DNA of 62,663 nt, filler included, from an uncultured Myxococcia bacterium (GCA_964617105.1; 11 parts of 11 records of this genome joined end to end with filler, not necessarily neighbours in it), one strand, 5' to 3'. Shown: positions 27,700 to 38,555, numbered from the whole stretch's first letter. A program made the numbers and translations. The notes: a model not told the origin generated them from the sequence alone.

Positions 27700-28856
27700 A
27701 AAAACTTTCTCCAGTAAAATCAGTTTTAATTCCAAAAAAATCGGCTATGGTGCAGGCCAGATCGGTAAAACCCTTTCTGGTACCCAGGTTTTTTCCGCGT
27801 GGATTACCCTTTTTATCAAGTTTCCATACCAGCAAGGGGACATATTCACGAGTGTGATCAGTATGAGCGCTAAAGGTTGGATCACAGCCGTGATCTGCAG
27901 TAATAATTAATAGATCTTCTCCGGTTAGTTTAGCCAACAGCCGGGGTAAAAACCGGTCGAATTCCTCCAGCGCCTGGGCATAACCCTGGGGATTTCGCCG
28001 GTGGCCATAGAGCATATCAAAATCGACCAGGTTGGCAAAAAATAGGCCATCTTTCTCTGTGTCCAAAAGGTTTTCGATTGTTTTTAGCCCGTGTTGGTTG
28101 CCCTGGGTATAGTGGTTTTGAATGACACCGCGTCCAGCAAAGATATCAATGATTTTTCCAACGCCGGTAACTTTTATACCATGCTCCAGAAGTAAGTCCA
28201 GCAGGTGGGGTGGCGGCACCATGGAATAGTCGTGGCGGTTGGTGGTGCGTATGAAATTACCCTCCTGGCCGATAAAAGGTCTGGCAATAACCCTACCTAC
28301 TCGGTATTGATCCAGGAAATGGCGGCATTCCTGGCAAATACGGTAGAGCTCCTCCAGCGGAATTTTCTCTTCGTGAGCAGCGATTTGAAATACACTGTCC
28401 GCTGAGGTGTATAAGATGGCGCGGCCGGTTTGCAGGTGTTTTCCACCATATTGCTTGATGATTTCGGTACCTGAGGCAGGACAATTGGCCAAAGGCTTAT
28501 GACCGCTTACGGCTTCATATTTAGCAATTATATCCCGAGAAAATCCTTGGGGAAAAAGGGCAAAGGGTTCAGTTAAGACCAGACCCATCATTTCCCAGTG
28601 ACCAGTGGTGGTGTCCTTGCCGGCAGAGAGTTGAGCCATGCGACCATAACTGGCCTTGACCAGGTGATCCTCCAACGGTTTAATCCCGTTTAAATGAGCA
28701 ATATTACCCAATCCCATCTGTTCCAGGTTTGGCAGGTGAAAGTCGTTCATCAGTTGGGCCAGATTACCCAGGGTGTTGCTGCCCTGGTCCAGGTAATCAC
28801 CAGCATCGGGTAAAGCGCCTATACCAACCGAATCCAACACAATCAAAACAACTCTT
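27686..28856 (-). CDS. deoB: Phosphopentomutase (start cut at contig edge)
   Basis: LDSVGIG, GKDTTTGHWE, YTSADSVFQIAAHE, NLVDFD.LYGHRR, TADHGCDP and HTREYVP. Confidence 0.96.
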
Positions 28857-28956
28857 NNNNNNNNNNNNNNNNNNNNNNNNNNNNNNNNNNNNNNNNNNNN
28901 TTAATTAATTAANNNNNNNNNNNNNNNNNNNNNNNNNNNNNNNNNNNNNNNNNNNN

Positions 28957-29997
28957 GCCAATACCGTATCCCCTTACCAATCGCAGTACTCTATCTTCAA
29001 CATTATCATCTTCTGGCTCATCCTGGTCCAAATCTATTGGCGCCTGCCGTATTCTGGCCTTTTGGCAATTTTTGTTGCGCAGAGTTTCGCTCAAATTGGT
29101 AAACTGGCTGCTCAACTGGTTCAGGTACACGATAATCCCCTTACCCTCCTGGGTAATTTTTTCCATGGAACCTCTTAGCAAATTACCACAACCACAACTG
29201 CCAAATACATCGCCTAAAACACATTCCTTGTGAACTCTGACCAATACCGGCTCATTCTCTTGAATATCCCCTTTGGCCAGGCACAGGTGCTGCCGTTTAT
29301 CACTATCAACATTGGCGCTGTAGGCTATAGCCCTGAATGGCCCCCAATTGGTATCGATTTCAGTTTCCATCTCCCGATAAACCAGGGATTCATGTTGCAT
29401 CCGGTATTTTACTATATCGGCGATGGAAACAATGGGAAAATTATGTTGAGTAGCAAATTTTTCCAAATCGGGCATCCTGGACATGGAGCCATCTTCATTC
29501 ATTATTTCGCAGATAACCCCGGCTGGATTGCAGCCTGCCAACTTGGCAAGGTCTACTGAGCCCTCGGTTTGACCGGTTCTTACCAGTACCCCACCCTTTA
29601 GAGCCCGCAAGGGAAAAACATGACCGGGCCGGGCCAGGTCTTCAGGTCTGGTATCTTTGTGGATGGCGGTCAATATGGTTTTAGCCCGGTCAGCGGCGGA
29701 GATACCGGTGGTAACTCCTCTCCGGGCTTCAATAGATACAGTAAAACCAGTTTTATATGAGGAAGTATTGTGAGAAACCATCATGGGCAGGTCCAATTCC
29801 CGGATTTTCTCTTCGGTAAGAGCCACACATATCAAGCCGCGACCGTATTTGGCCATAAAATTAACCGCCTCGGGGGTGACAAATTCAGCAGCCATACAGA
29901 GATCGCCCTCGTTTTCCCGCTCCTCATCATCCACCAGGATAACCATTTTTCCCTGTCTAATATCATGAATGGCTCTTTTTAGCTTTTCGAACAACAC
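28957..29997 (-). CDS. ribB: DHBP synthase fused to a degenerate GTP cyclohydrolase II domain (RibBA/RibBX), 3' truncated
   Basis: [40 protein letters not shown] and CEI. The second domain (VRVHKEC) lacks EGRG. Confidence 0.88.
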
Positions 29998-30021
29998 CAC
30001 ATTCTCCCTAAATTGATTGGT

Positions 30022-30115
30022 TAGTGTCCGTCCGACCCTATTTTCCAGACCGAAGGCCTGAGAGCAGGATCCCGAGGCAATTCTCGCGACCAAGTTAATT
30101 CTCGGACGGTAACTA
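30022..30115. mobile_element. Putative MITE with 14-bp imperfect terminal inverted repeats
   Basis: TAGTGTCCGTCCGA...TCGGACGGTAACTA. A related copy lies at 41406-41493. Confidence 0.6.
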
Positions 30116-30159
30116 TTTATAATCAAGTATCAGTTTATAATTTTAGCCTAATAAGTCAA

Positions 30160-30837
30160 TTAAAATCCATGTTTTTTCAAAAAATCAGCGCTTAAATTGC
30201 CGCTATGTCCCTTTTCTCGGCTGCCGGCCACAAATGGCGCCGCCATCTTATACAGATATTTACCGATTATATCGCCTTCCAAATTAACCAGATGACCAAC
30301 TTTTTTATCCTGTAAATTGGTCCGTTGCAAGGTGATGGGGATAAGGGCAAGTTGAAAAATATTTTTAGTAACTCGATTTAAGGTCAAACTCACGCCGTCA
30401 ATCGCTATGGAACCCTTTTCCACCAAATATTTCTCTATACAGGCGCCATTGATATCCATAAAGCAAGTTTTATCCCGAAAAATTATGCCAGTGATCTCAC
30501 CAACCCCGTCCACATGCCCCAGCACCAGGTGACCATCCAGCCGTCCCCCCATTTTCAAGGCTCTCTCCAGGTTTACTCTGGTGTTGGAGGTTAATCTGTC
30601 TACGGTGGTTCGGCGGCGTGACTCCTCAGAAGCCTCTACCGTGAAACAGCCAGTGCCTTTTTCTATTACCGTCAGACAGGCCCCGTTTACCGCAATACTT
30701 TCCCCCAGGCTAATCTCAGACAAATTAAAATTGCTCTGGATAGTTAAAAATTTGCTGTATTGCGATGTGGTNNNNNNNNNNNNNNNNNNNNNNNNNNNNN
30801 NNATGGCTCCCACATCTTCGATCAGACCGGTAAACAT
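30160..30837 (-). CDS. ribE: Riboflavin synthase (alpha chain), contains a scaffold gap
   Basis: MFTGLIE, SIAVNGACLTV, VNLERAL, GHLVLGHVD and KGSIAIDGVSLT. Confidence 0.95.
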   Translation of the reverse strand: MFTGLIEDVGAXXXXXXXXXXXTTSQYSKFLTIQSNFNLSEISLGESIAVNGACLTVIEKGTGCFTVEASEESRRRTTVDRLTSNTRVNLERALKMGGRLDGHLVLGHVDGVGEITGIIFRDKTCFMDINGACIEKYLVEKGSIAIDGVSLTLNRVTKNIFQLALIPITLQRTNLQDKKVGHLVNLEGDIIGKYLYKMAAPFVAGSREKGHSGNLSADFLKKHGF

Positions 30838-30921
30838 TGGTTATGCTCCTTGTATCCTGTCATACTCCACCAGTCGCTCCTTGCCGGCCCACCAAATCAC
30901 CTGGCAATCTTTCGATATCTG

Positions 30922-32040
30922 TCACTTGATATGGCAATCGTGAATCTGGGGTCGACCGCATACCAGTAAATTATCTTCAATCCGGGTAATTTGCAACTCT
31001 TTTAAACGGAGTGCTTCAGCCACACTGTCAAATCCCTGGCCCTGGAATATCGATGGTGCCTCTGTTCCACCAATTAAAATTGGGGCGATAAAAAGCATCA
31101 TTTTATCAACCAAACCATTTTTCAGCAGGTTGGTTCCCAAATATCCCCCTCCCTCAACCAGTATAGAGGTAATAGATTGAGCGCCCAGACAGCCCAGAAT
31201 CTCCTCTAAATTTAACAACCCCTGGCTACTAGATACTTCCTCGATTTTCACCGAGCCATGGTGATATTGGTTTCCTCTGGATCCCATACCTTGGCTGGTA
31301 AAAATTATGGTTTTTGATTTTGATGAGGTAAACAGATTTGCATCCTTTGGAGTAGAAAGGAGCGGGTCGAGAATCACCTTAACCGGCTGCTTGACTTTCC
31401 GTTTGACGACCAGGCGGCAGGAAAGACGAGGATTGTCTTGCAGCACCGTATTGGTGCCCACCATTACGGCATCGTGCGCCATCCTCATTCGGTGAACGAT
31501 ATGCCGGGATTTGGGATTGGATATCCATTTTGAATCACCCTGGCAAGTGGCAATTTTGCCATCCAGACTGGCCGCCAATTTCAGGGTTATGTAAGGTAAA
31601 CCTGTGGTGATATATTTTTCAAACCAGGCGTTTAACTTTTGACAACGTTCAGCCAATATACCCGATTTGACTTTAAGCCCGGCTGCTTGTAATTTTTGGC
31701 TGCCCTGGCCCTGGACATGCGGATTAGGGTCCAAAGAGCCTATAAACACTTTGGATATCCCACTTTGGATAATGGCCTCGGTGCAGGGACCGGTTCTGCC
31801 ATGATGGTTACAAGGTTCCAGATTTACATAAAGAGAACAGCCCTGAGCCTTGAAGTCCATTTTTTTTAAGGCTTCAACTTCGGCGTGAGGCAGTCCGGCC
31901 CGTTTATGATAGCCCCGGCTTAACACCCGGCCATCTTTAACAATCAGGGCTCCCACCATTGGATTGGGACTGGTTTGCCCCTCCCCTTTTTGGGCCTGCT
32001 TGATGGCAGCGGCCATAAATTTTTCATGTTCAGAAAGCAT
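30922..32040 (-). CDS. ribD: Bifunctional deaminase/reductase RibD
   Basis: PNPMVGA, HAE, LEPCNHHGRTGPC, SLDGKIA and VEGGG. Confidence 0.96.
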   Translation of the reverse strand: MLSEHEKFMAAAIKQAQKGEGQTSPNPMVGALIVKDGRVLSRGYHKRAGLPHAEVEALKKMDFKAQGCSLYVNLEPCNHHGRTGPCTEAIIQSGISKVFIGSLDPNPHVQGQGSQKLQAAGLKVKSGILAERCQKLNAWFEKYITTGLPYITLKLAASLDGKIATCQGDSKWISNPKSRHIVHRMRMAHDAVMVGTNTVLQDNPRLSCRLVVKRKVKQPVKVILDPLLSTPKDANLFTSSKSKTIIFTSQGMGSRGNQYHHGSVKIEEVSSSQGLLNLEEILGCLGAQSITSILVEGGGYLGTNLLKNGLVDKMMLFIAPILIGGTEAPSIFQGQGFDSVAEALRLKELQITRIEDNLLVCGRPQIHDCHIK

Positions 32041-32515
32041 TGCCTTTTCCGTCCCCCCTTTGACCGGATTTGGCAAGTTCCTCCATTATTGTCTGAAATT
32101 CATTGATGTCCTTAAACTGTTTGTACACGCTGGCGAACCTAACATAGGCCACTTCATCGATCACCGGCAACTCTTTCATAATCATTTCGCCGATGATGGA
32201 ACTGCGAATCTCTTTGCCATCTGAATTTTGTAGTAACTTTTCCACTTTGTCCAGCAAACTATCTATAATGTTGATGCTAACATTCCGTTTTTCGCAGGCT
32301 TTAATAAGACCTTTACGCACTTTCTCGCGATTAAAAGGCTCCCTCCTGCCGTCCCGCTTAATGATGGATGGCATTATCTCCATCACGGTTTCGTAAGTAG
32401 TAAAACGGCGCTGGCATCCCAGACATTCCCTTCTTCGCCTGACACTATTGTTTTCATTGGTGTCCCGGGAATCCACCACCTTGTTTTCGATATATCCACA
32501 AAATGGACACTTCAT
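32030..32515 (-). CDS. nrdR: Transcriptional repressor NrdR
   Basis: MKCPFC, VVDSR, RRRREC..C..RFTTYE, ATP cone and [10 protein letters not shown]. Confidence 0.97.
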   Translation of the reverse strand: MKCPFCGYIENKVVDSRDTNENNSVRRRRECLGCQRRFTTYETVMEIMPSIIKRDGRREPFNREKVRKGLIKACEKRNVSINIIDSLLDKVEKLLQNSDGKEIRSSIIGEMIMKELPVIDEVAYVRFASVYKQFKDINEFQTIMEELAKSGQRGDGKGNAF

Positions 32516-32994
32516 AAGACTTTATCCCCCTGATGGTATTCAACTTGGATCACTTGCAGTCCCGCTTCTTTCATCAGGTCTTTAGAAAGATCATCACCGT
32601 ATCCCTCAACATAATAAACCTGATTAATGCCGGCATTAACAATCATTTTCATACATATACTACAAGGAAAAGTGGTGCAGTATATGGTTGAATCCTTTAT
32701 GGAAATACCGTGGACAGCTGCCTGGATAATTGCATTTTGCTCGGCGTGCAAACCCTGACACAGTTCGTGATTTTTGCCGCTTTCAATAGACAACTTTTCC
32801 CGTAGGCAACCGGTATCGCTGCAATGTTTCAATCCTCTGGGCCTACCGTTATACCCGGTAGTTAAAATCTGCCGGTTTTTTACTAGTATTGCCCCCACTT
32901 TTCTACGAAGGCAGGTTGATCGGGACCTGGCCAATAAAGCAAATTGGATAAAATACTGGTCCCATGATGGACGCGCTAGATTAAGGTCAGTCAT
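32512..32994 (-). CDS. dCMP deaminase family protein
   Basis: [30 protein letters not shown] and PCSIC. Confidence 0.92.
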   Translation of the reverse strand: MTDLNLARPSWDQYFIQFALLARSRSTCLRRKVGAILVKNRQILTTGYNGRPRGLKHCSDTGCLREKLSIESGKNHELCQGLHAEQNAIIQAAVHGISIKDSTIYCTTFPCSICMKMIVNAGINQVYYVEGYGDDLSKDLMKEAGLQVIQVEYHQGDKVL

Positions 32995-33054
32995 AAATCG
33001 TAACCATTTACCTTATAAAATATTAGACAAAATTCTTAATCTCCAAATTAGGTA

Positions 33055-33498
33055 CTACTCCTTCTCCGGGGCTCCATTGATCTTCAAAATCCTTCTTACA
33101 TGCCGGTCATCCCCTGAAAAATTGGTGTTAAACCAGGAGATAGTGATGGACCAGGCCGCCTCGGGACCGAGAATCCTGCCGCCTAGTACCAAAATATTGG
33201 CATTGTTGTGTTCCCGGGCTTTACGGGCCATCGCTTCATTAAAACAAAGAGCCGCCCGTAAATGCTCATAGCGGTTGGCGGCAATGGATATCCCCACTCC
33301 GGTGCCGCAAAGAAGAATCCCCTGGCTGTTACTATCTTCAACCATCAGGTCCGCCAACTTGCGGGAGATATCTGGATAGTCAACTGCATCAGAGGAATAG
33401 CAGCCAATATCCTGGTAAGGACGCCCCGTATTTTTTATTTTGAATATTAAAAACTCTTTTAACTCAAATCCACCGTGGTCACTACCGATATATAGCAT
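33055..33498 (-). CDS. rpiB: Ribose-5-phosphate isomerase B
   Basis: GSDHGG, DYPD, CGTGVG, AREHNNAN and RHVRR. Confidence 0.95.
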   Translation of the reverse strand: MLYIGSDHGGFELKEFLIFKIKNTGRPYQDIGCYSSDAVDYPDISRKLADLMVEDSNSQGILLCGTGVGISIAANRYEHLRAALCFNEAMARKAREHNNANILVLGGRILGPEAAWSITISWFNTNFSGDDRHVRRILKINGAPEKE

Positions 33499-34596
33499 TT
33501 ACAGTCCTTTTTTACCAGATTGCCAACGTTTAAATACCAAAACCGCATTGGTGCCGCCAAAACCAAAGGAGTTGGAGATAGCGTATTGAAAACTGCTCTC
33601 CCTCACCTTGCCGGTGTTATAGTTCAACTCCAGGCACTGCGGATCCGGATTATCCAGGTTTATATTGGGAAGCAACACTTGCTCCTGCAACGCCTTTACT
33701 GTAAAAATCGCTTCCACCGCCCCGGTGGCGCCCAGCATATGGCCGGTCATCGATTTGGTTGAGGATATTGCCGGCCCCTCTTTGGTCGGTGCCGTGAGCA
33801 TTGATATATCCCACATCTTTCGCCTCTATACCCGCATCGAGCAAGGCCTTTTTCATACAGGTTACAGCTCCGGCCCCTTCTGGCGATGGTGCGGTAATGT
33901 GATGGGCATCACCGTTGAAGGCATAACCCTTTATTTCAGCTAATATATTAGCCCCTCTTGATTCAGCGTGCTCCAGGGATTCCAACACCATAACTCCAGC
34001 GCCTTCAGCCGGCACAAAGCCATCACGGTCCCGGTCAAAAGGTCTAGATGCGGCCTGAGGTTCATCATTCCTGGTTGAAAGAGCCCTCATGGCGGAAAAA
34101 CCACAAATTCCCAGGGGAGTGATAGTGGCTTCACTGCCACCACAAAACATCATCCTGGCAATCCCTTCTCTGATAACACGAAAGGCTTCGCCAATAGAGT
34201 GTGCTCCAGCCGCGCAAGCCGTGGAATGGGAAAGATTTGGCCCCCTGGCTCCCAGCATAATAGCTACCTGACCACTAGCCAAATTGGGAATAGCCCTGAG
34301 AACAAAATATGGTGTTACTCTCCTGGGGCCCCGTTCTTTATAGACCTGATAACACTCTTCTATACTAGACAGGCCTCCGAAACCAGAGCCAATAAATACT
34401 CCAACCTGATCTCCTCCATTTACGGGCAAATCCAGAAAAGCATTCTCATGAGCCATTTTGGCCGCTGCACAGGCCAACTGGATAAAACGATCCATCTGCT
34501 TGACAGTAGCGGCCGGGACAAATTGGGACGGATTAAAACCCTTTACCTCTCCGGCTATCCTGGTACTAAAAGATGAGGCGTCAAAACGGCAGATCC
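33499..34596 (-). pseudogene. fabF: Beta-ketoacyl-ACP synthase II split by a deletion/frameshift near 33787 (5' truncated; may be an assembly error)
   Basis: [24 protein letters not shown] and YINAHGT in one frame. [14 protein letters not shown]...SNSFGFGGTN in another. Confidence 0.8.
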
Positions 34597-34749
34597 NNNN
34601 NNNNNNNNNNNNNNNNNNNNNNNNNNNNNNNNNNNNNNNNTTAATTAATTAANNNNNNNNNNNNNNNNNNNNNNNNNNNNNNNNNNNNNNNNNNNNATGA
34701 AGCAGGAACTAAGCCGTGTACAGATTTGTACACATTTTAGAGAACGGCA

Positions 34750-35451
34750 ATACTAAAGTGCAATTCCAGTGTTTGCCTGGTGGATATCTGTCACCAGGTA
34801 CCCAAATATAAGATTAAAACTGCTGCCTTTCTGGTGAACCAGGCTTTGCCCTTTTTTCCAGCCGGCACTATTCATCTGGTGGTGGTAGACCCCGGAGTGG
34901 GAAGCGCCAGAGCACCTATTGCTGTCAAGGCGGGTGAAATGTTGGCGGTAGGACCGGATAATGGGGTATTGTCCCCTTTTCTGCAGGGGGATTACCAATG
35001 TTACCGGCTGGAAAACCCCGACTATATACTTCCTCAAATAAGCCCCACCTTTCACGCCAGGGACATTTTTGCTCCCATGGCAGCTCATTTGAGCCTGGGT
35101 GTTCCTATTTCTGAGTTGGGACCCCTTCACCAAGATCCTCTACGGCTGGCGCCACTGCAGGTTACAGGTCAAGGCCAGTTGCAGGGGGAGATTATCCATA
35201 TTGATGATTTTGGCAACCTGATTACCGATATCCCCGGTCATTGGTTTGAAGAGGGACGCTCCCACCTTTTATTCAGGGAGTTGAAGTTTTTAAATAAACA
35301 GAAGTGCTATTCTGGAGTGAATCCGGGAGAGTTGCTGCTGGTGGAAGGCAGTGGCGGCACTTTAGAGATATCTGTCAGTCAGGGTTCAGCCTGTACCAGG
35401 TTTCAGCCCCCTGCCTCAACCGGAGAGAAAGTGATACTCCATCCGTGCTAA
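34750..35451 (+). CDS. SAM hydroxide adenosyltransferase / chlorinase-fluorinase family (DUF62), N-terminus missing
   Basis: HLVVVDPGVGS.R, GPDNG, SPTFHARDIF, IDDFGNL and LEISV. In-frame stop at 34738 and no LTTDFG motif. Confidence 0.85.
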   Translation: MLKCNSSVCLVDICHQVPKYKIKTAAFLVNQALPFFPAGTIHLVVVDPGVGSARAPIAVKAGEMLAVGPDNGVLSPFLQGDYQCYRLENPDYILPQISPTFHARDIFAPMAAHLSLGVPISELGPLHQDPLRLAPLQVTGQGQLQGEIIHIDDFGNLITDIPGHWFEEGRSHLLFRELKFLNKQKCYSGVNPGELLLVEGSGGTLEISVSQGSACTRFQPPASTGEKVILHPC

Positions 35452-37900
35452 TCGAAATCAGTCCCAATTGATCGGTGCGTAAAATCTTACTTCCCAAAAA
35501 ATTATAGGTTTCCACTACCCGAGGGCGAGGGAAATTGAAGTTGTGATGCCGGCCGCACTGGATTACGGCGAATTGGGGCTTGGCCGCGTATAAAAAATCG
35601 CGGTTTAATGATGTTTCGCTGCCATGATGCGGCACTTTCAATACTGTCACCGGCTCTTTGATAAGCGGTGCTACAATTTTTTGTCCCTCCTCCTCTATAT
35701 CCCCGGTCAAAAGGAGTTTGAACTGTCCATATTGAATTTGTATCACCAGGGAGTTATCGTTCAGGGAGAGTTGGGGGTAATAACCAGGCTGGTTTGGGGG
35801 GCGTAAAGGATGTAGTACCTTCAGGTTGACCCGGCCAATACTAAATTGGTTAAAAGATTTGTTAAAACGGAGAAAACTGGTGCCCTGTTTTTTTAATAAA
35901 TTTATTAAGTGGTCATATTTATTCCATTCAACTGTCTGGTCACTGTGTATGAACCATTGGACAGGGAAAATTGAAGCCGGAGTTAAAAGACCTAGCAGGT
36001 GATCAGGATGGGGGTGACTGAGCATCATAAAATCTATTTTGGTCACTTGTCTGGTCAGCAGAAAGGGAAGGATGTGCCGTTTTCCAGTGTCCAAACGGCC
36101 GCGGTAGTCGCCACCTCCGTCTATCAGCATATTTTTTCCGTCAGGGAACTCGATGAACACCGCGTCCCCATGTCCTACCGCCAAAAAGTGGATATTCATT
36201 TTTCCGTCGTTGGGCTGGAAAAAACTTATTTCGACCCAGAAAAGCAATCTCCCTAACAGCCAAACCAGGAGCAACAGCCAGGTAATTTTGCCTCCGGTTA
36301 ATTTTAATTGTTCTTTTAGATTTACCAGTAAGCCCAGCAAGAGATAGTAGAGTAAAAGTTCCCAAATAGGGGGTGGAGGCAAATAGATAAAGGAGTAGGG
36401 TATGGCCACCACTTTTTGACAAAACCAAATAAGTATCTCCACCCCCTTTAGGGCGGCAAACAAAAAATATTGGGCCAGGCAGGGAGAAAAAAAAGAGATT
36501 ATCCCGGCTGCAGATGCCCAGGGAATTATCCAGAATGATACCAAAGGAATGGCGGCAAAATTGGTAATTTGCCCGATTAAAGGGACTTTAAAAAAGAAAT
36601 AATGGATTATGGGCAGGGTGCAAACAAAGGCGCACCAGGTAGTAAAAAGAATTTGCCATAAAAAGAGAAGAACTCTTTCTATTATTCCTCGATGGCCATA
36701 ATTGCCGGGCTTATCAATGGTTGTTCCGGCCAGGCACACCAAGCCATAGGTGGCGAAAAAACTGAGCAAAAAACCGACATCATCTATACGTTGATGGTTT
36801 TGCAGTAAAAGCGCCAGGGCGGCCAGAGTTAAAAAGTGGGAACTTTTGCTTTTCAAACCAAGCAGGGGTTGCAAATAGAAGAGAATAGCCATTATAGCCG
36901 CTCTAACCGTGGAGATATGTGCCCCGGTAAATAGGGTATAAAAGATTATTATTGGGATTTGCGCCAGGGAAGTGAGAAATGGGGCTGAGAAGCGGAGTAA
37001 AAGTGCTGGAAATAATTTTAATATCCGTTTTAGCAGGNNNNNNNNNNNNNNNNNNNNNNNNNNNNNNNNNNNNNNNNNNAAATGGGCGGTGGTTATCATC
37101 AAGAAGAGGTGAAAACCGGAAATAGCCAGCAAATGGGCTATACCAACCGAACTTGTCAACTCCCTGGTTTCTGGCTTCAGAGTGGAGGTCACACCGCATA
37201 AAAGCGCTAATATAATCGCCCTTTTTGGGTTTATAAACTGGCCGGCTAAGATAAAATCTGTCAATCTCTTTTTTATTATATAGAATTTACCAGCAATTTT
37301 TTGCCAAAGGGACAATGTGGTGGTCAGAGTTAATGATTGGCAGGAGATCACCTGGCCGGTGAGAAGAATTTTCTTTTTTGCCAGAAAGGCGCTGTAATTG
37401 AACCCCCCTGGATTCATTTGAGTTGGAGGGAGATAGAGTTTAGCCTTTATTATCAGTCTGGAATAAGGTTCAATCGCCGGCATACCTTTTTTAAAATACC
37501 CGGTTAGCAGTATTTTTTTCTCTACCTGAAATTCCTGGTCTTGAAAAAAAAGCCGTTCTGCTTGAAACACAAATCTCTGCCCGCCCAAAATAGGCAGGGG
37601 AAAACTGCTGCAAATTCCTTCCATAACCACCATTTTTCCATCCACCTGGGAGAAGATTGAAGTTTTAAGGGCGGCGGCCTGGTGATTTGGCGGCGATGGA
37701 TGGCTCCAACCTAAAAACAGGGCAAACAGGCAGGGGAGATAGATATGTCCCCGTTCATTTAAATTTTGGTGTGCATAGAGATAAAACAACGAAATCCCCC
37801 AGGCAGGAACCAAGAAAAGAGGATTTCCCGCAGAAGTGCTGATTAGCAGTCCGGCAGAATAAAATAGGAGAAGGTTAAGCAGTATTTGGTGGTAGAACAT
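35375..37900 (-). CDS. comEC: DNA internalization competence protein ComEC/Rec2 (contains a gap)
   Basis: NPGGFNY, HLLAISGFH, GFLLSF, VGHGDA, LIDGG, SHPHPDH, NDNS, TGDIE and KVPHHGS. Confidence 0.95.
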   Translation of the reverse strand: MFYHQILLNLLLFYSAGLLISTSAGNPLFLVPAWGISLFYLYAHQNLNERGHIYLPCLFALFLGWSHPSPPNHQAAALKTSIFSQVDGKMVVMEGICSSFPLPILGGQRFVFQAERLFFQDQEFQVEKKILLTGYFKKGMPAIEPYSRLIIKAKLYLPPTQMNPGGFNYSAFLAKKKILLTGQVISCQSLTLTTTLSLWQKIAGKFYIIKKRLTDFILAGQFINPKRAIILALLCGVTSTLKPETRELTSSVGIAHLLAISGFHLFLMITTAHXXXXXXXXXXXXXXXLLKRILKLFPALLLRFSAPFLTSLAQIPIIIFYTLFTGAHISTVRAAIMAILFYLQPLLGLKSKSSHFLTLAALALLLQNHQRIDDVGFLLSFFATYGLVCLAGTTIDKPGNYGHRGIIERVLLFLWQILFTTWCAFVCTLPIIHYFFFKVPLIGQITNFAAIPLVSFWIIPWASAAGIISFFSPCLAQYFLFAALKGVEILIWFCQKVVAIPYSFIYLPPPPIWELLLYYLLLGLLVNLKEQLKLTGGKITWLLLLVWLLGRLLFWVEISFFQPNDGKMNIHFLAVGHGDAVFIEFPDGKNMLIDGGGDYRGRLDTGKRHILPFLLTRQVTKIDFMMLSHPHPDHLLGLLTPASIFPVQWFIHSDQTVEWNKYDHLINLLKKQGTSFLRFNKSFNQFSIGRVNLKVLHPLRPPNQPGYYPQLSLNDNSLVIQIQYGQFKLLLTGDIEEEGQKIVAPLIKEPVTVLKVPHHGSETSLNRDFLYAAKPQFAVIQCGRHHNFNFPRPRVVETYNFLGSKILRTDQLGLISISTDGVSLSLRLRQGAETWYRLNPD

Positions 37901-38040
37901 AATGGCGCTATTAAAGCAAACACTGTGCCAAAGCCCGATAAAAATATTATTGAAAAAAAATTTGACGATGTGGTTAGGTGTAGTATAGTTACTTACATGC
38001 ACAGCATGACACTTCATTACAGATTGGCCCGGAGAGAAAA

Positions 38041-38286
38041 ATGGTAAAGCGGATTTTATTGATAATTTCAACCGGATTTCTTTTAAACGGTTTTTGCCTG
38101 GTAAACCTGGGACTGGTGCAAAATGTGATGGCTTCTGTTCCCAAGGTGAGCAGTAAACATTTTAATCGAGAAATCGTGGAATTGATCAAGAGACAGAAAA
38201 TTGAGATCAAAATTCTGCCTGGAGATAAAAAAGTCAAAACCTTGAAGGAAGATAAATATTTTTGCCGACTTTTTGAAAGTGAATAA
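38041..38286 (+). CDS. Small hypothetical protein with signal-peptide-like N-terminus
   Basis: GGAG RBS, 81 aa, hydrophobic N-terminus ending VMA. No recognised domain. Confidence 0.4.
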   Translation: MVKRILLIISTGFLLNGFCLVNLGLVQNVMASVPKVSSKHFNREIVELIKRQKIEIKILPGDKKVKTLKEDKYFCRLFESE

Positions 38287-38555
38287 TTTTAACGAAAAGG
38301 AGAGATACCATTTTTCTTTTCACCTGGTATGTCCTTCCCCAAAGTGTTCTCGGGTCAAGGCAAATGGTATTTCTCCCCTCCCCCCCACCTCCCCCTACTT
38401 CCTTTAATCTTTTATCAGAAAACTGCTTGCTTTTTCATCAACTTTTAGGGTAAATTTAGTAGTTTCATGTCCATTCGGATACTAGGGTAATTTCCTGATA
38501 AATATTGATGATGTCAATTTTAAAATAAATTTGGATAGCAGGTGGAAATAGAAAT

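Noticed and set aside
29998-30126. N-terminal extension of RibB
   Set aside because: It runs through the MITE-like element. An RBS and GTG at about 29997 give a normal start.
33650-33816. Programmed frameshift in fabF
   Set aside because: There is no slippery sequence and conserved residues are physically missing.
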